Sequence record: PV400810.1
DNA from: Pseudomonas phage vB_PaeM_GXNNA8
DNA: 64,000 bases
Direction: 5' to 3' (one strand)
Below the pieces are notes generated by a model. It ran no database searches. It was given only the letters and a program-made list of their open reading frames with translations, and had not been told where the DNA came from. Every line of letters starts with the position of its first letter. Position 1 is the first letter of the stretch. This document shows, piece after piece, positions 1 to 8,537 of this stretch. Both the position numbers and the translations under genes were made by a program.

Positions 1-522
1 GTAAGCGTGGTTGATGTTTTGTCTACTTGTACACCATTCAAGGTTATCCAAAGCCCAATTCTGTTTGTTACCATCCTTGTGATTGACTTCCAGATCCTTG
101 GGATGATACCCCTGTTTAAGGAGTTCTTCCGGTACTGGAATGAATGTACAGGCGAGCGCTCTATGAAGTCCTACGGTGTTATTCTTGCCTTGTACGGCAA
201 TAAAGGCGTTGGTGTAACCGCCTGGGTGGAAACTGGTAGGAATCTCTCGGTATTCCTTTTCAGGGTTATTGCAGGAGAGGATCTTACCTTTATTGCTAAT
301 CAGGAGGTAATGGAGTTTGATTTCCTTAAGGGCATTCTCATCCTTGACTCGTTTGTCTTGCTTACGGTAGTAGAGGGGAATGAAAACTTCGTAAGTAGGA
401 TCTTCTCGAAGTTTCTTATCCAGAGCTGTTTTAAGGAGGGGGAGGTTGTACGGGAAGGGATGTTGTTGGTAGGTGCTCAGTTCCTCGGGGGTAAAGAGGT
501 CGGTAAGGGTGTTAATCGTCAT
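1..522 (-). CDS. HNH homing endonuclease (partial, C-terminus beyond window start)
   Basis: Minus-strand ATG at 522..520 with an AAGGAA RBS about 9 nt upstream. The frame stays open to position 1 and reads ...GYHPKDLEVNHKDGNKQNWALDNLEWCTSRQNINHAY, a classic HNH (His-Asn-His) nuclease motif. It is missing from the ORF track because it has no in-window stop. The plus-strand ORF 7..525 is its antisense artefact. Confidence 0.6.
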   Translation of the reverse strand, partial: MTINTLTDLFTPEELSTYQQHPFPYNLPLLKTALDKKLREDPTYEVFIPLYYRKQDKRVKDENALKEIKLHYLLISNKGKILSCNNPEKEYREIPTSFHPGGYTNAFIAVQGKNNTVGLHRALACTFIPVPEELLKQGYHPKDLEVNHKDGNKQNWALDNLEWCTSRQNINHAY

Positions 523-680
523 TAGAAAGGTTCCTTATGGAAAGGTAATAGGGTAATACCCTCTTTAAAGGGTCTATTAACGCGTATAAGCGTTAAACAG
601 AGGTAAGGTAACACTACCCTAGGGTTTTATTAAAAACCTCTTAGACTTGGAGGTGGCATTGAAATAAATAAATAAACGAC

Positions 681-714
681 TACTACCTCCCTTCCTTGCG
701 GAAGGGAGGTAGTA
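681..714 (-). terminator. intrinsic terminator hairpin
   Basis: Perfect 14-bp stem ACTACCTCCCTTCC/GGAAGGGAGGTAGT with loop TTGC. On the minus strand it is followed by GUCGUUUAUUUAUUUAUUU. Lies 13 nt after the stop of gene 727..1206. Confidence 0.6.
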
Positions 715-726
715 TACGCGTACTGT

Positions 727-1206
727 CTAGAGATGGTCATCGACTCCAGTTAGCAACATGACAACACGGTTATTTAGGTGTTTCCCTTGGAAGTTGAACT
801 GTTTACTGAGTTCAGGAAGAGTGAGGACATCATTCAACATCATGAAATCCAAGGGACTGTTAGCAGCTGTTATGGAGCTAATGGCTAAACACAGTTTATC
901 TCTGAGCCAATCCGAATAACCGGACACGTCGTAGAAGGGAGACTCGACATCTTCTCCATCCTGTCGGTCTAGCTCTTTCAGTACATCGAGCAGTAATTCA
1001 ATTGACTGTTCAATGTTCGTATCCGGATCATTTTTGTAGTATTCAGGATCGGCTATAGCGTCTTGGAGCGTTTCTACGGATGACGAATAGTCCTTTAAAG
1101 CGATCGTTAAGGCTTCTATCAGGATGAAATCCATGAGCGTATTGGAAACATCCGCATACAGCTCCGCTCGGGTATCAGGATCGAGGTTTATGATAACAGA
1201 CTTCAT
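727..1206 (-). CDS. hypothetical protein
   Basis: ORF-track entry 727..1266. The first ATG not overlapping the upstream gene is at 1206 (MKSVIINL...), with GAGG about 11 nt upstream. Confidence 0.4.
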   Translation of the reverse strand: MKSVIINLDPDTRAELYADVSNTLMDFILIEALTIALKDYSSSVETLQDAIADPEYYKNDPDTNIEQSIELLLDVLKELDRQDGEDVESPFYDVSGYSDWLRDKLCLAISSITAANSPLDFMMLNDVLTLPELSKQFNFQGKHLNNRVVMLLTGVDDHL

Positions 1207-1211
1207 ACACC

Positions 1212-1592
1212 CTACGCCTCGACCGTAATCAGTACTCCGGAGTCTGTTGAAGACACCAGATGCCACCGATGACCTTTATACGGCAACAGGGCTTTTAGGT
1301 CCTCCTGGTACACCACGTTCTCCTCATACTGCTTAAACGCTTCCATGACGTCCAGGACTTCGGTTTGGATGTACTGTTCAATGGTTTCAGGTTCCGTATA
1401 CTCCGGAGGCACCGTAATGAACTTACGGATAAATTCACCCGACATATCAAAGTTCACTTCATCCATGAAGCACCGAACCCGTTCGGTTACCAGAATCTTC
1501 AGGATGAATTTCTGACGCAGAGACTCCATTCCGGGGGTTCTGACGTTCTGGGACTTAACAGTACGGCTGTGAGGGTTGCAGGAATAGGTCAT
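1212..1592 (-). CDS. hypothetical protein
   Basis: 126-aa minus ORF packed tightly in the operon; ATGA overlap with the downstream gene. Confidence 0.4.
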   Translation of the reverse strand: MTYSCNPHSRTVKSQNVRTPGMESLRQKFILKILVTERVRCFMDEVNFDMSGEFIRKFITVPPEYTEPETIEQYIQTEVLDVMEAFKQYEENVVYQEDLKALLPYKGHRWHLVSSTDSGVLITVEA

Positions 1593-2014
1593 TTAGGGTC
1601 ACCATAGAGTTTTATGAGCCAATGGTTAGGTAGGTGTCGGATTACCCAGTAACGTTCAACAGAGAGCGTATTTGACACCTCTGCGAGCTTGTCCTTATTT
1701 AACTGGAAAAGGTGATCCAGAATACCGAGGGCTTCGTCCATGTAAAACTCGGTCATGGCGTGAGGATCCTTAACAAGGTTCCAATATTCCTGCTCGTGCA
1801 GTAGGGGGGACATTTTAACCTGTCCCTCTTCATCGAAAAGGATGTTTTCGGTTTCGGTTTCTAACCATTCTTCCAGAATATCATCTTCAACGAGTGAACC
1901 ATCCGCAAAGATGTGGTAAAGGGAATCCTCGACCAACTGAGTGGCTACCCAGCTGATCTGTCCGATGTTAGGGCATGAAATGATCAGCATGGGCTGACGT
2001 TTGAATAGCGGCAT
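1589..2014 (-). CDS. hypothetical protein
   Basis: ORF-track entry 1589..2107 begins at a TTG. The first ATG (2014, MPLFKRQ...) lies just downstream of the helicase stop. Confidence 0.35.
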   Translation of the reverse strand: MPLFKRQPMLIISCPNIGQISWVATQLVEDSLYHIFADGSLVEDDILEEWLETETENILFDEEGQVKMSPLLHEQEYWNLVKDPHAMTEFYMDEALGILDHLFQLNKDKLAEVSNTLSVERYWVIRHLPNHWLIKLYGDPK

Positions 2015-2054
2015 AGTCGCAGTACCCCGACATAAAGGGAAACCCCCTGGGACC

Positions 2055-3593
2055 TCAGTCCAGGGAGCATTCCGAATTGATACGTTTGAAGGTCTTCTGT
2101 TTCTCAAAGAACACCTGTTCCCGTTTGGCTAAGTATTCCACGTGCTTCGCTAAGTCCAAACACACCAGGAACACAAAGGCAGGGTCGATCTCATTATTGA
2201 ACTTACCCGACAACGCCCTGAGTCGTCCAATGATCTGCTTATTAGCCTGAGTCGACGCAACCGTGTGGGCGCAGATCACCGTTACCAACCCCCCGATATC
2301 CTTACCTGTCCCACAACTGTTCGGAGTCGTAATGATGATCTCGTGCTTTAAGTACTTGTCTTTCTTATCTTTCAGCTTGGAATCATCCCCAGTAAAAGTT
2401 TCGAAATCCCAACCGGGATATTCTTTCCTGAACAGTTCCAACATGGCATCGCACATATTGACCCTGGAGAAGAAGAACAAGCACTTCGTTCCCTCACGCC
2501 TCACATTGAGGTAATACTCCTTAAAGGCCTTATTAACCAGTTTAAAGTAGAATGCCAGGAGTACACCCGACTTTAAGATGCTCTTTTCAAACGTCTTATC
2601 GTTATACGCCCCAAACTGATCCGTCTTGAGATGGTAACGACGGGTGTTGAGGCGATACAGGTACGCCACTACATCGATGTAATGCTCGGGTTCTGCCTCC
2701 TTTAACCGTAGCCGCTTAGGGAACAAGTACTGGTACATCTTGTTCGTAAAGGGATCGTCTGCTTTCAAGGTGGCTGAGAGCAGGAAGAGTTTCTTGATAT
2801 TCCCAAACATTAAGGACAAGAAGATCTGATGAATCGCTTCATGCCCTTCATCAATGATCCTTAATCCCGGATTGATCCGTTTGATCAAATCATCCATATG
2901 TAACCCGTCTCGGGTCTCTTTCCCTTTACGGAGGAAGACCTCAATACGAGACATCGGAATAATAATGATCTTAGGATCAAACTTCCCGTCTTCTAAACAC
3001 TCATACAACGATTCCAGGGTATTCTCCCAGATTAAGAGATCCCCTGGAATGAGTTTAACGATCTTGTTGAGTTCCCGTATCCAGTTGATCTGGTAACGGG
3101 GTTGCATGGTGATTAACGTCCGTTTACCAATCTTCACCATGCTGTGGATGGCCATATATGTCTTCCCAAAGCCCGTGGAGGCGTTATTGACCTTCAGGTG
3201 GCCATCGCTCAGCATGTAGTCGATCCATTCACCTTGACCTTCCCTGAACTGATCAAACCCTGGATTGAATTCAAAGACAACATCCTTGCCTTCGATCTCC
3301 GGTTCATCCTGAATCTTCAGGCGGGATTCTTTATACCCCCTGTAGCCTGCAAATTCCACAAACTCTTTAAGGGTTTCAATGGGTAGCCGGTATTCACTTT
3401 TGTCATAATTCGACCGAGCAAAGACGTGTTGAACAAACCACGCCTGCTTCCGGGTACCCGGTATTGGCTTCTTAGCCATCTTGCAGAGATTCAGTTTACA
3501 AAACGGTAAGATTACCCGAACCGCGAATTCCTCATAGAACCCGTTGATTCTGAAGTAATGATTCGCTTTGCTGATAGTTGCTGTTGCTCGCAT
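2055..3593 (-). CDS. SF2 DEAD/DEAH-box helicase
   Basis: Motif I ASTGFGKT, motif II IIDEGHE (DExH), motif III LLSAT, motif VI QIIGRLRAL. The track start 3599 is TTG; the ATG at 3593 is preceded by AAGAGG. Confidence 0.75.
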   Translation of the reverse strand: MRATATISKANHYFRINGFYEEFAVRVILPFCKLNLCKMAKKPIPGTRKQAWFVQHVFARSNYDKSEYRLPIETLKEFVEFAGYRGYKESRLKIQDEPEIEGKDVVFEFNPGFDQFREGQGEWIDYMLSDGHLKVNNASTGFGKTYMAIHSMVKIGKRTLITMQPRYQINWIRELNKIVKLIPGDLLIWENTLESLYECLEDGKFDPKIIIIPMSRIEVFLRKGKETRDGLHMDDLIKRINPGLRIIDEGHEAIHQIFLSLMFGNIKKLFLLSATLKADDPFTNKMYQYLFPKRLRLKEAEPEHYIDVVAYLYRLNTRRYHLKTDQFGAYNDKTFEKSILKSGVLLAFYFKLVNKAFKEYYLNVRREGTKCLFFFSRVNMCDAMLELFRKEYPGWDFETFTGDDSKLKDKKDKYLKHEIIITTPNSCGTGKDIGGLVTVICAHTVASTQANKQIIGRLRALSGKFNNEIDPAFVFLVCLDLAKHVEYLAKREQVFFEKQKTFKRINSECSLD

Positions 3594-3600
3594 AATCAAC

Positions 3601-3636
3601 CTCTTAAGGGGGATTCCGAGGACCCCCTTAAGAGGT
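3601..3636 (-). terminator. hairpin between the RNAP beta-prime-C gene and the helicase start (terminator/attenuator)
   Basis: 12-bp stem CTCTTAAGGGGG...CCCCCTTAAGAG. Its 3' arm on the minus strand contains the helicase RBS AAGAGG. Confidence 0.4.
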
Positions 3637-3662
3637 CCACACTAACGAACGGGGTCACCCAC

Positions 3663-5675
3663 TCAACTCACCGCTAAGCTAAAGAAGCACTCCAGCGGAC
3701 TCCCCTGACGGTTTACCACACGGAATGTCTTAGGATCGCTCAGCACATTTTGCTGGTTCTCGTAGATCATTAGCATACCCGCCCCTCTGCCTTTGATACA
3801 CTCCTGGAAGTTCACGAAGTACTTAGGTCCATTACCATTCGCCAGGGAATAATCCCCGCGCATGGGATCCCGACACAACGTGGAATAGAGTAAGACCTCA
3901 GGATGGATGATGTTAATTCCTTTCGTTTCCTGGTTGATCAACCCCCAGTATTCCGCTAAGACTTCACCAAAGAGACGGGGTGTAACGATCTGCTGTCTCC
4001 AGGCGTTATTGCGTTTATTGAACGTGATGAAGTTCTCTACCCGAGCCCTGTGCATGTCCAAGTCTTCACGAACATACGGCAGTGTGAAGATAGGACTGAG
4101 CGTATTCCATTCACTCAAATCAACGGTAATATGTTTCTTACCTTCGTTCGCCCAACCTTTACTCAGGAGATAGTTCAGGAACTCCAACGAGAACCGGGCA
4201 TTCCTAGACGACACCGAGGTACAGGCCGCGTGCTGCTGGAGGGTCTTACCCCCCATCATGATGTCTTCGACTTCATAGCGGAATGTGACTTCAGAGAAGT
4301 ACGGGAGTTTATCCAGGCTCAAGTTGTCCAGAACATCCAAGGAACGGATATCCGAGAGGATGTTCACAATATCGGCTTTGAGCACCAATTCAGTGCCTGG
4401 TGCGCAGAGCTCCTTAGTCAGGAAAATATCGTCACCATTGGAATAGATAACGTTCTTATCCTTAGTCGCAGGAACGAACTTACGGGTCGTTGCATTCCTA
4501 ATGAAATGCTTGGTGGAGAGCATTCCCTGGCCGATGGGGTTACAGATCGAGGTGGTACACCACATCCCGACATCAGCCCCTTTCTTCATCATCACGTTAT
4601 ACGGGATAGAGCTCGCCATCATCCCGTAGCATACCCGGCAGGGTGAAGCACTATTGTAGTGATTACAGAAGGCCACACTACGAATATTAACCCACTCCCC
4701 TGGCTTAATTGACCACACCGTGGTTTGATCAATGAGTTCTAATTCTCCTGTATCGGTTACCCTGAATTTACCCAACAGTGCCATTGCCGCTTGCATATTG
4801 GGAATTCGGATCGGCACCGTAGTGGTCGTTCCACAGTCCGTGAAATGATCGATATCCGCTACCACAGCAGACAGGATATGCACCTTCCGGTGGAACCATT
4901 CCGATGATTTCAGGGCCTTGCCGTTATTGGTCAAGCTCTTACCCGCTGCATTCCGTTCACCCAGCATATCAGCCAGGTTGGTAATACCATGCGCATACGG
5001 AACCGTAATCGCATTCGGCATGATCGAGTTGTTCAGGTCAAAGACCTTACCCCGGATGATCGTCTTCTGATACGCCTGGTTAATGGCCACCCCGCCCGTA
5101 CGCGACAGCAGGGTGAGGGTGTTGTTGGCAATGGAATGAGCGGTCCGGACATAATCCGCAAACTCCCGCTCACCCTCATCAATTGAAATCTCCTTGCTCA
5201 GGACACGGTCCCGTATTCCAGAGATCCCTTCATCTTCCATGAACTCCGCTACGGATTCAGCGGTGGCTGAAATAACGTAACGTTCACTCATCACCACCAG
5301 CAGGTTATTTAGCTTATTCTGCCAGATATGAATAAGCCGTTTAATCCCGTCCACTTCCACCGGGTCAATAATCGTAGGAAGAATGACCTTTAAGAACTGG
5401 TTAATAGGCGTCGCGTTGGTTCCATCGTTATAGACGGTGTCTTCAGCCCCTTCCACCTTGTTACTGGGTACCATCTCCTTAATGGAATAGGGAACATCGT
5501 TATAATGCCGGTGGATGATCATTCCATGCCAGGTAATGATCAGAGCGTAGGTATCCGTTAGAGCGACTTGGTCCAGGTCATCCGTGACCTCCACCCACCG
5601 ACGGGTATTTAACCAACGGAGAACAGTTTCTTCTGGTAAATTAGCCCATTCACGGAGTTTGATCTTCATTACCAT
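3663..5675 (-). CDS. multisubunit RNA polymerase beta-prime-like, C-terminal module (non-virion RNAP set by synteny)
   Basis: 670 aa, GGAGAGGAA RBS, lying immediately downstream of the beta C-terminal module. Contains a Cys cluster (CNHYNSASPCRVCYG...C) consistent with the beta-prime C-terminal Zn site. The order matches the phiKZ gp73-gp74 arrangement. The function rests on synteny and weak motifs. Confidence 0.45.
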   Translation of the reverse strand: MVMKIKLREWANLPEETVLRWLNTRRWVEVTDDLDQVALTDTYALIITWHGMIIHRHYNDVPYSIKEMVPSNKVEGAEDTVYNDGTNATPINQFLKVILPTIIDPVEVDGIKRLIHIWQNKLNNLLVVMSERYVISATAESVAEFMEDEGISGIRDRVLSKEISIDEGEREFADYVRTAHSIANNTLTLLSRTGGVAINQAYQKTIIRGKVFDLNNSIMPNAITVPYAHGITNLADMLGERNAAGKSLTNNGKALKSSEWFHRKVHILSAVVADIDHFTDCGTTTTVPIRIPNMQAAMALLGKFRVTDTGELELIDQTTVWSIKPGEWVNIRSVAFCNHYNSASPCRVCYGMMASSIPYNVMMKKGADVGMWCTTSICNPIGQGMLSTKHFIRNATTRKFVPATKDKNVIYSNGDDIFLTKELCAPGTELVLKADIVNILSDIRSLDVLDNLSLDKLPYFSEVTFRYEVEDIMMGGKTLQQHAACTSVSSRNARFSLEFLNYLLSKGWANEGKKHITVDLSEWNTLSPIFTLPYVREDLDMHRARVENFITFNKRNNAWRQQIVTPRLFGEVLAEYWGLINQETKGINIIHPEVLLYSTLCRDPMRGDYSLANGNGPKYFVNFQECIKGRGAGMLMIYENQQNVLSDPKTFRVVNRQGSPLECFFSLAVS

Positions 5676-5714
5676 GAGTTACATTCCTCTCCATACCGTG
5701 AGTCTATCATGGGG

Positions 5715-8021
5715 TTAAGGTTCTTGAGTGGGTTTCTCGGATGACTGAAGCTGCTTCAAGGTCTCGTCATCTAACCCTGGGATTTCATCCATGTTAAAGG
5801 TTGGATATTCCCGACGATCACTGGGTAGTTCAGCTCGTAGTCGATAACCCGAATCCGACAACATTCCCACCGCCATTTTCAACGCCCGATTCCCCAAATA
5901 CTCCTCCGGTTTAATCAACCGAGGAATCTCAAACGGATCATCCGCACGAATAACCCGTTGGGAGGCTTTCTTCTGGTTTTCGGGGGAATACGCCAGAGCC
6001 AGTTGCTTGATCATTTCCTGCCCGCCCGCATGACTGACTTGCAACCGGCCTTCGGTTTCACCGGTATTCTTGTTATTACTGTCTTTCATGGGGGTGGCGT
6101 ATTTACTGCCTTCGTTCATCTTCGCTGGCATACCAAAGAGGTTAGCCTTCGGCATACTCTGCGCGCTCATGTCCGTACCAAACTTATCCAGGAGCATAAT
6201 GTCCTGACAGCTGATAAGGATAGGGTTCTCGGTTTCCACTCGTTCCCCCAGTGCGTTCACGATAATGGCTTTCTGCGGCTTATACGGGTATTGACGACGC
6301 AGGGCGTTGATCAGGTTCACGCCATACAACTTCGTGTTACTGACCACATGCACGGAAATCTTCCGGCGACAGACATCGTCGACGTGCTCACGTTTCTCCT
6401 CCTCCGTAACCAACGCGTGAGCAACCAATTCACTGAATTCAGGGAAACCGGTTTCATAGAACGTCATCAGCGCCTGGAAAGCACCTTCATAATCCCCTTG
6501 TAGCCGTAGATGTCTGACTTCCCGTTGAACGTTCATGTTCACATAGTTGATACTCAGTTCCATGAGCAACGAAAAGATCTGGCGACGGAACGCCGGGACG
6601 TTATCTTTAATGAATTCCGCACGAGTCCCGTCCGGATAGGTTGGGGCTTCGTCGTCTTCAATGACTCGTACACACACCCCTTTGTCACCGTTCAAACCCG
6701 CGTACTTGAATTTAACACGACCTTTAACCCGTTCCTTCAGTTCGATGGTCACGTTCCAATCTTTCAGCTTGTCCCACCGTTCCACTCGGGCCAATGGGTT
6801 AATACGACCCAACCCATTGCGGGTATAGTTACCATACGCGTTCCGAATGAACGTATCGAGGTCAAAGGTAATGGGGATGTCTTCCCCGCGGTTGGCAGCG
6901 ATCTTCCCTTCGTACCACCGGATCACATTGTTCCACATTTCATTCTGGCGTTTCTCATAGCGGTCCAGCATGGCATTGTGGTGTTGTTCGATGTAATCCG
7001 TACCCCGGTTATTGGACCGGTTCTTCATCCGATCCGACCGAACAGTGACTGACATCACAACCGCATCCACAGGTGCGTAGAACAACTTGTCGTACACCAG
7101 ATCTGGTTCTCGTAGGGACTTCTTGGTCAGGGAAACCAGCGCGTTCTCTTTGATGCGGCGACGGAAGCCCATGACGATCCCATCCTCACGGATGTTATCA
7201 CCCGACTCAGGGAGCGGTTGGGGGTTCTCGTCCGTTCCGTACAGCATCAGAGGAATCCATTCATCCTCATTCCATTCATAGCTGAACTCGTGCTTGAACA
7301 TACAGGCCGAACGTTCCGCATAGGAACGGGTGATAAGCACGCCATCCTCCTCAGTCCTTTGGTCCGAATAGGCGGCTACCAAGGTCGGCATTGCAAAACA
7401 CCATTCCCCGTTCTCACTGATACGAGGACTCTTAGCGAAGACAGTCCCTTTAGCGAACGTGGCACCTTTACGGAGCTTACGGAGTTTCTCTTTATCGTAT
7501 TTATATTCGAACCCAACGTAGTGGTTATGGGTGTTATACCGAGGTAGCTCCAGAAGGTCGTAGGCGTTCTGTTCGTCGTTCTTAAAGACCACGTAAATCG
7601 AATTCCAGTCATCCGTATCCTTACCCGGAACCAGACTCTGAACGAAGAAGATCTCTTCCACCAGCATATTCGCAGGGGCTTCGACCTTACGAGCCGTTCC
7701 ACCGTAATGTTCCTCAAATTCGTACCCGGTTACCATCATCCGTTCACCCGCTCCTTCGGTCGGCACGGATTTAGGGATCATGTTACCCGCCATATAGAGA
7801 CGACCCGCGGAGGCTTCGTGCGGGAAGAGAATCAGGTTACTGCTGACACCCACTAAAGCAGGATGGATTTGATTCTCCCCGCAGGGATACTTGTAACGGA
7901 CTTCCTGGAGGAATTGACCCGCTGCACTGTCAGGGGTAAGATCCGTATCCTCTGCACCCAGTGCGGCACGGATCTCACTACTTACACCTTTCAGGTCCTG
8001 ATTCAATTTTTCTTTACTCAT
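5715..8021 (-). CDS. multisubunit RNA polymerase beta-like, C-terminal module
   Basis: 768 aa. YMAGNMIPKSVPTEGAGERMMV aligns to the beta NMQRQAVP...GTGME region. KYAGLNGDKGVCV aligns to the beta GDK..RHGNKGV catalytic motif. GGQEMIKQLALAY aligns to the C-terminal GGQRFGEME motif. GGAG RBS. Confidence 0.7.
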   Translation of the reverse strand: MSKEKLNQDLKGVSSEIRAALGAEDTDLTPDSAAGQFLQEVRYKYPCGENQIHPALVGVSSNLILFPHEASAGRLYMAGNMIPKSVPTEGAGERMMVTGYEFEEHYGGTARKVEAPANMLVEEIFFVQSLVPGKDTDDWNSIYVVFKNDEQNAYDLLELPRYNTHNHYVGFEYKYDKEKLRKLRKGATFAKGTVFAKSPRISENGEWCFAMPTLVAAYSDQRTEEDGVLITRSYAERSACMFKHEFSYEWNEDEWIPLMLYGTDENPQPLPESGDNIREDGIVMGFRRRIKENALVSLTKKSLREPDLVYDKLFYAPVDAVVMSVTVRSDRMKNRSNNRGTDYIEQHHNAMLDRYEKRQNEMWNNVIRWYEGKIAANRGEDIPITFDLDTFIRNAYGNYTRNGLGRINPLARVERWDKLKDWNVTIELKERVKGRVKFKYAGLNGDKGVCVRVIEDDEAPTYPDGTRAEFIKDNVPAFRRQIFSLLMELSINYVNMNVQREVRHLRLQGDYEGAFQALMTFYETGFPEFSELVAHALVTEEEKREHVDDVCRRKISVHVVSNTKLYGVNLINALRRQYPYKPQKAIIVNALGERVETENPILISCQDIMLLDKFGTDMSAQSMPKANLFGMPAKMNEGSKYATPMKDSNNKNTGETEGRLQVSHAGGQEMIKQLALAYSPENQKKASQRVIRADDPFEIPRLIKPEEYLGNRALKMAVGMLSDSGYRLRAELPSDRREYPTFNMDEIPGLDDETLKQLQSSEKPTQEP

Positions 8022-8105
8022 AACGGCTCCATTACAGTCAACAGCAATCTTTTCAATAAAGACAGTCTTAACTCATTCCCGAAGATAATATAGGTTCAAA
8101 AATGG

Positions 8106-8456
8106 TTAGCTGCATCGATAAGGATCTTCTCCATGCCACTGTCTATTGTTAACTTCAGTGAAGGACGTGATTTCTTCTTTACTGAACGGTTCAAAGTCTT
8201 GGTGCGGTCCGAACGGGAAATACTCCTCCGTCAAACCCAGGAGATTCCAATCGTCTCTCACGCACAACTGTATGCCTATCGGTATGACTTCTATCGGTTC
8301 CTGAGGGTTCAAGGGGTTGAAAACCATATGCTGTGGGTCACCGCCTATCTGAATGGGATTGAAGATCCCTTTATGGATTGTGCGGGCATGCAAAGTTACA
8401 AGATAATTGACGAGGCCCATTTGACCCAGGCCGTTGCACGTAGTAATACGACCCAA
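8106..8456 (-). CDS. hypothetical protein
   Basis: 116-aa minus ORF. The plus-strand 8133..8462 ORF is the less protein-like antisense frame. Confidence 0.3.
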   Translation of the reverse strand: MGRITTCNGLGQMGLVNYLVTLHARTIHKGIFNPIQIGGDPQHMVFNPLNPQEPIEVIPIGIQLCVRDDWNLLGLTEEYFPFGPHQDFEPFSKEEITSFTEVNNRQWHGEDPYRCS

Positions 8457-8489
8457 GCGTAAAAATACTGGAATAAAATAGAGAAAACA

Positions 8490-8521
8490 CAGTACCTAGC
8501 GGGATATCCCGCTAGGTACTG
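8490..8521 (-). terminator. intrinsic terminator (32-bp perfect palindrome)
   Basis: CAGTACCTAGCGGGATATCCCGCTAGGTACTG, followed on the minus strand by UGUUUUCUCUAUUUUAUUCC. Downstream of gene 8538..9974. Confidence 0.6.
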
Positions 8522-8537
8522 GTAAGGTTATTGTTGC

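Noticed and set aside
7-525. 172-aa plus-strand ORF at the window start
   Set aside because: It is the antisense frame of a clear minus-strand HNH endonuclease gene. It has no RBS and a non-protein-like sequence.
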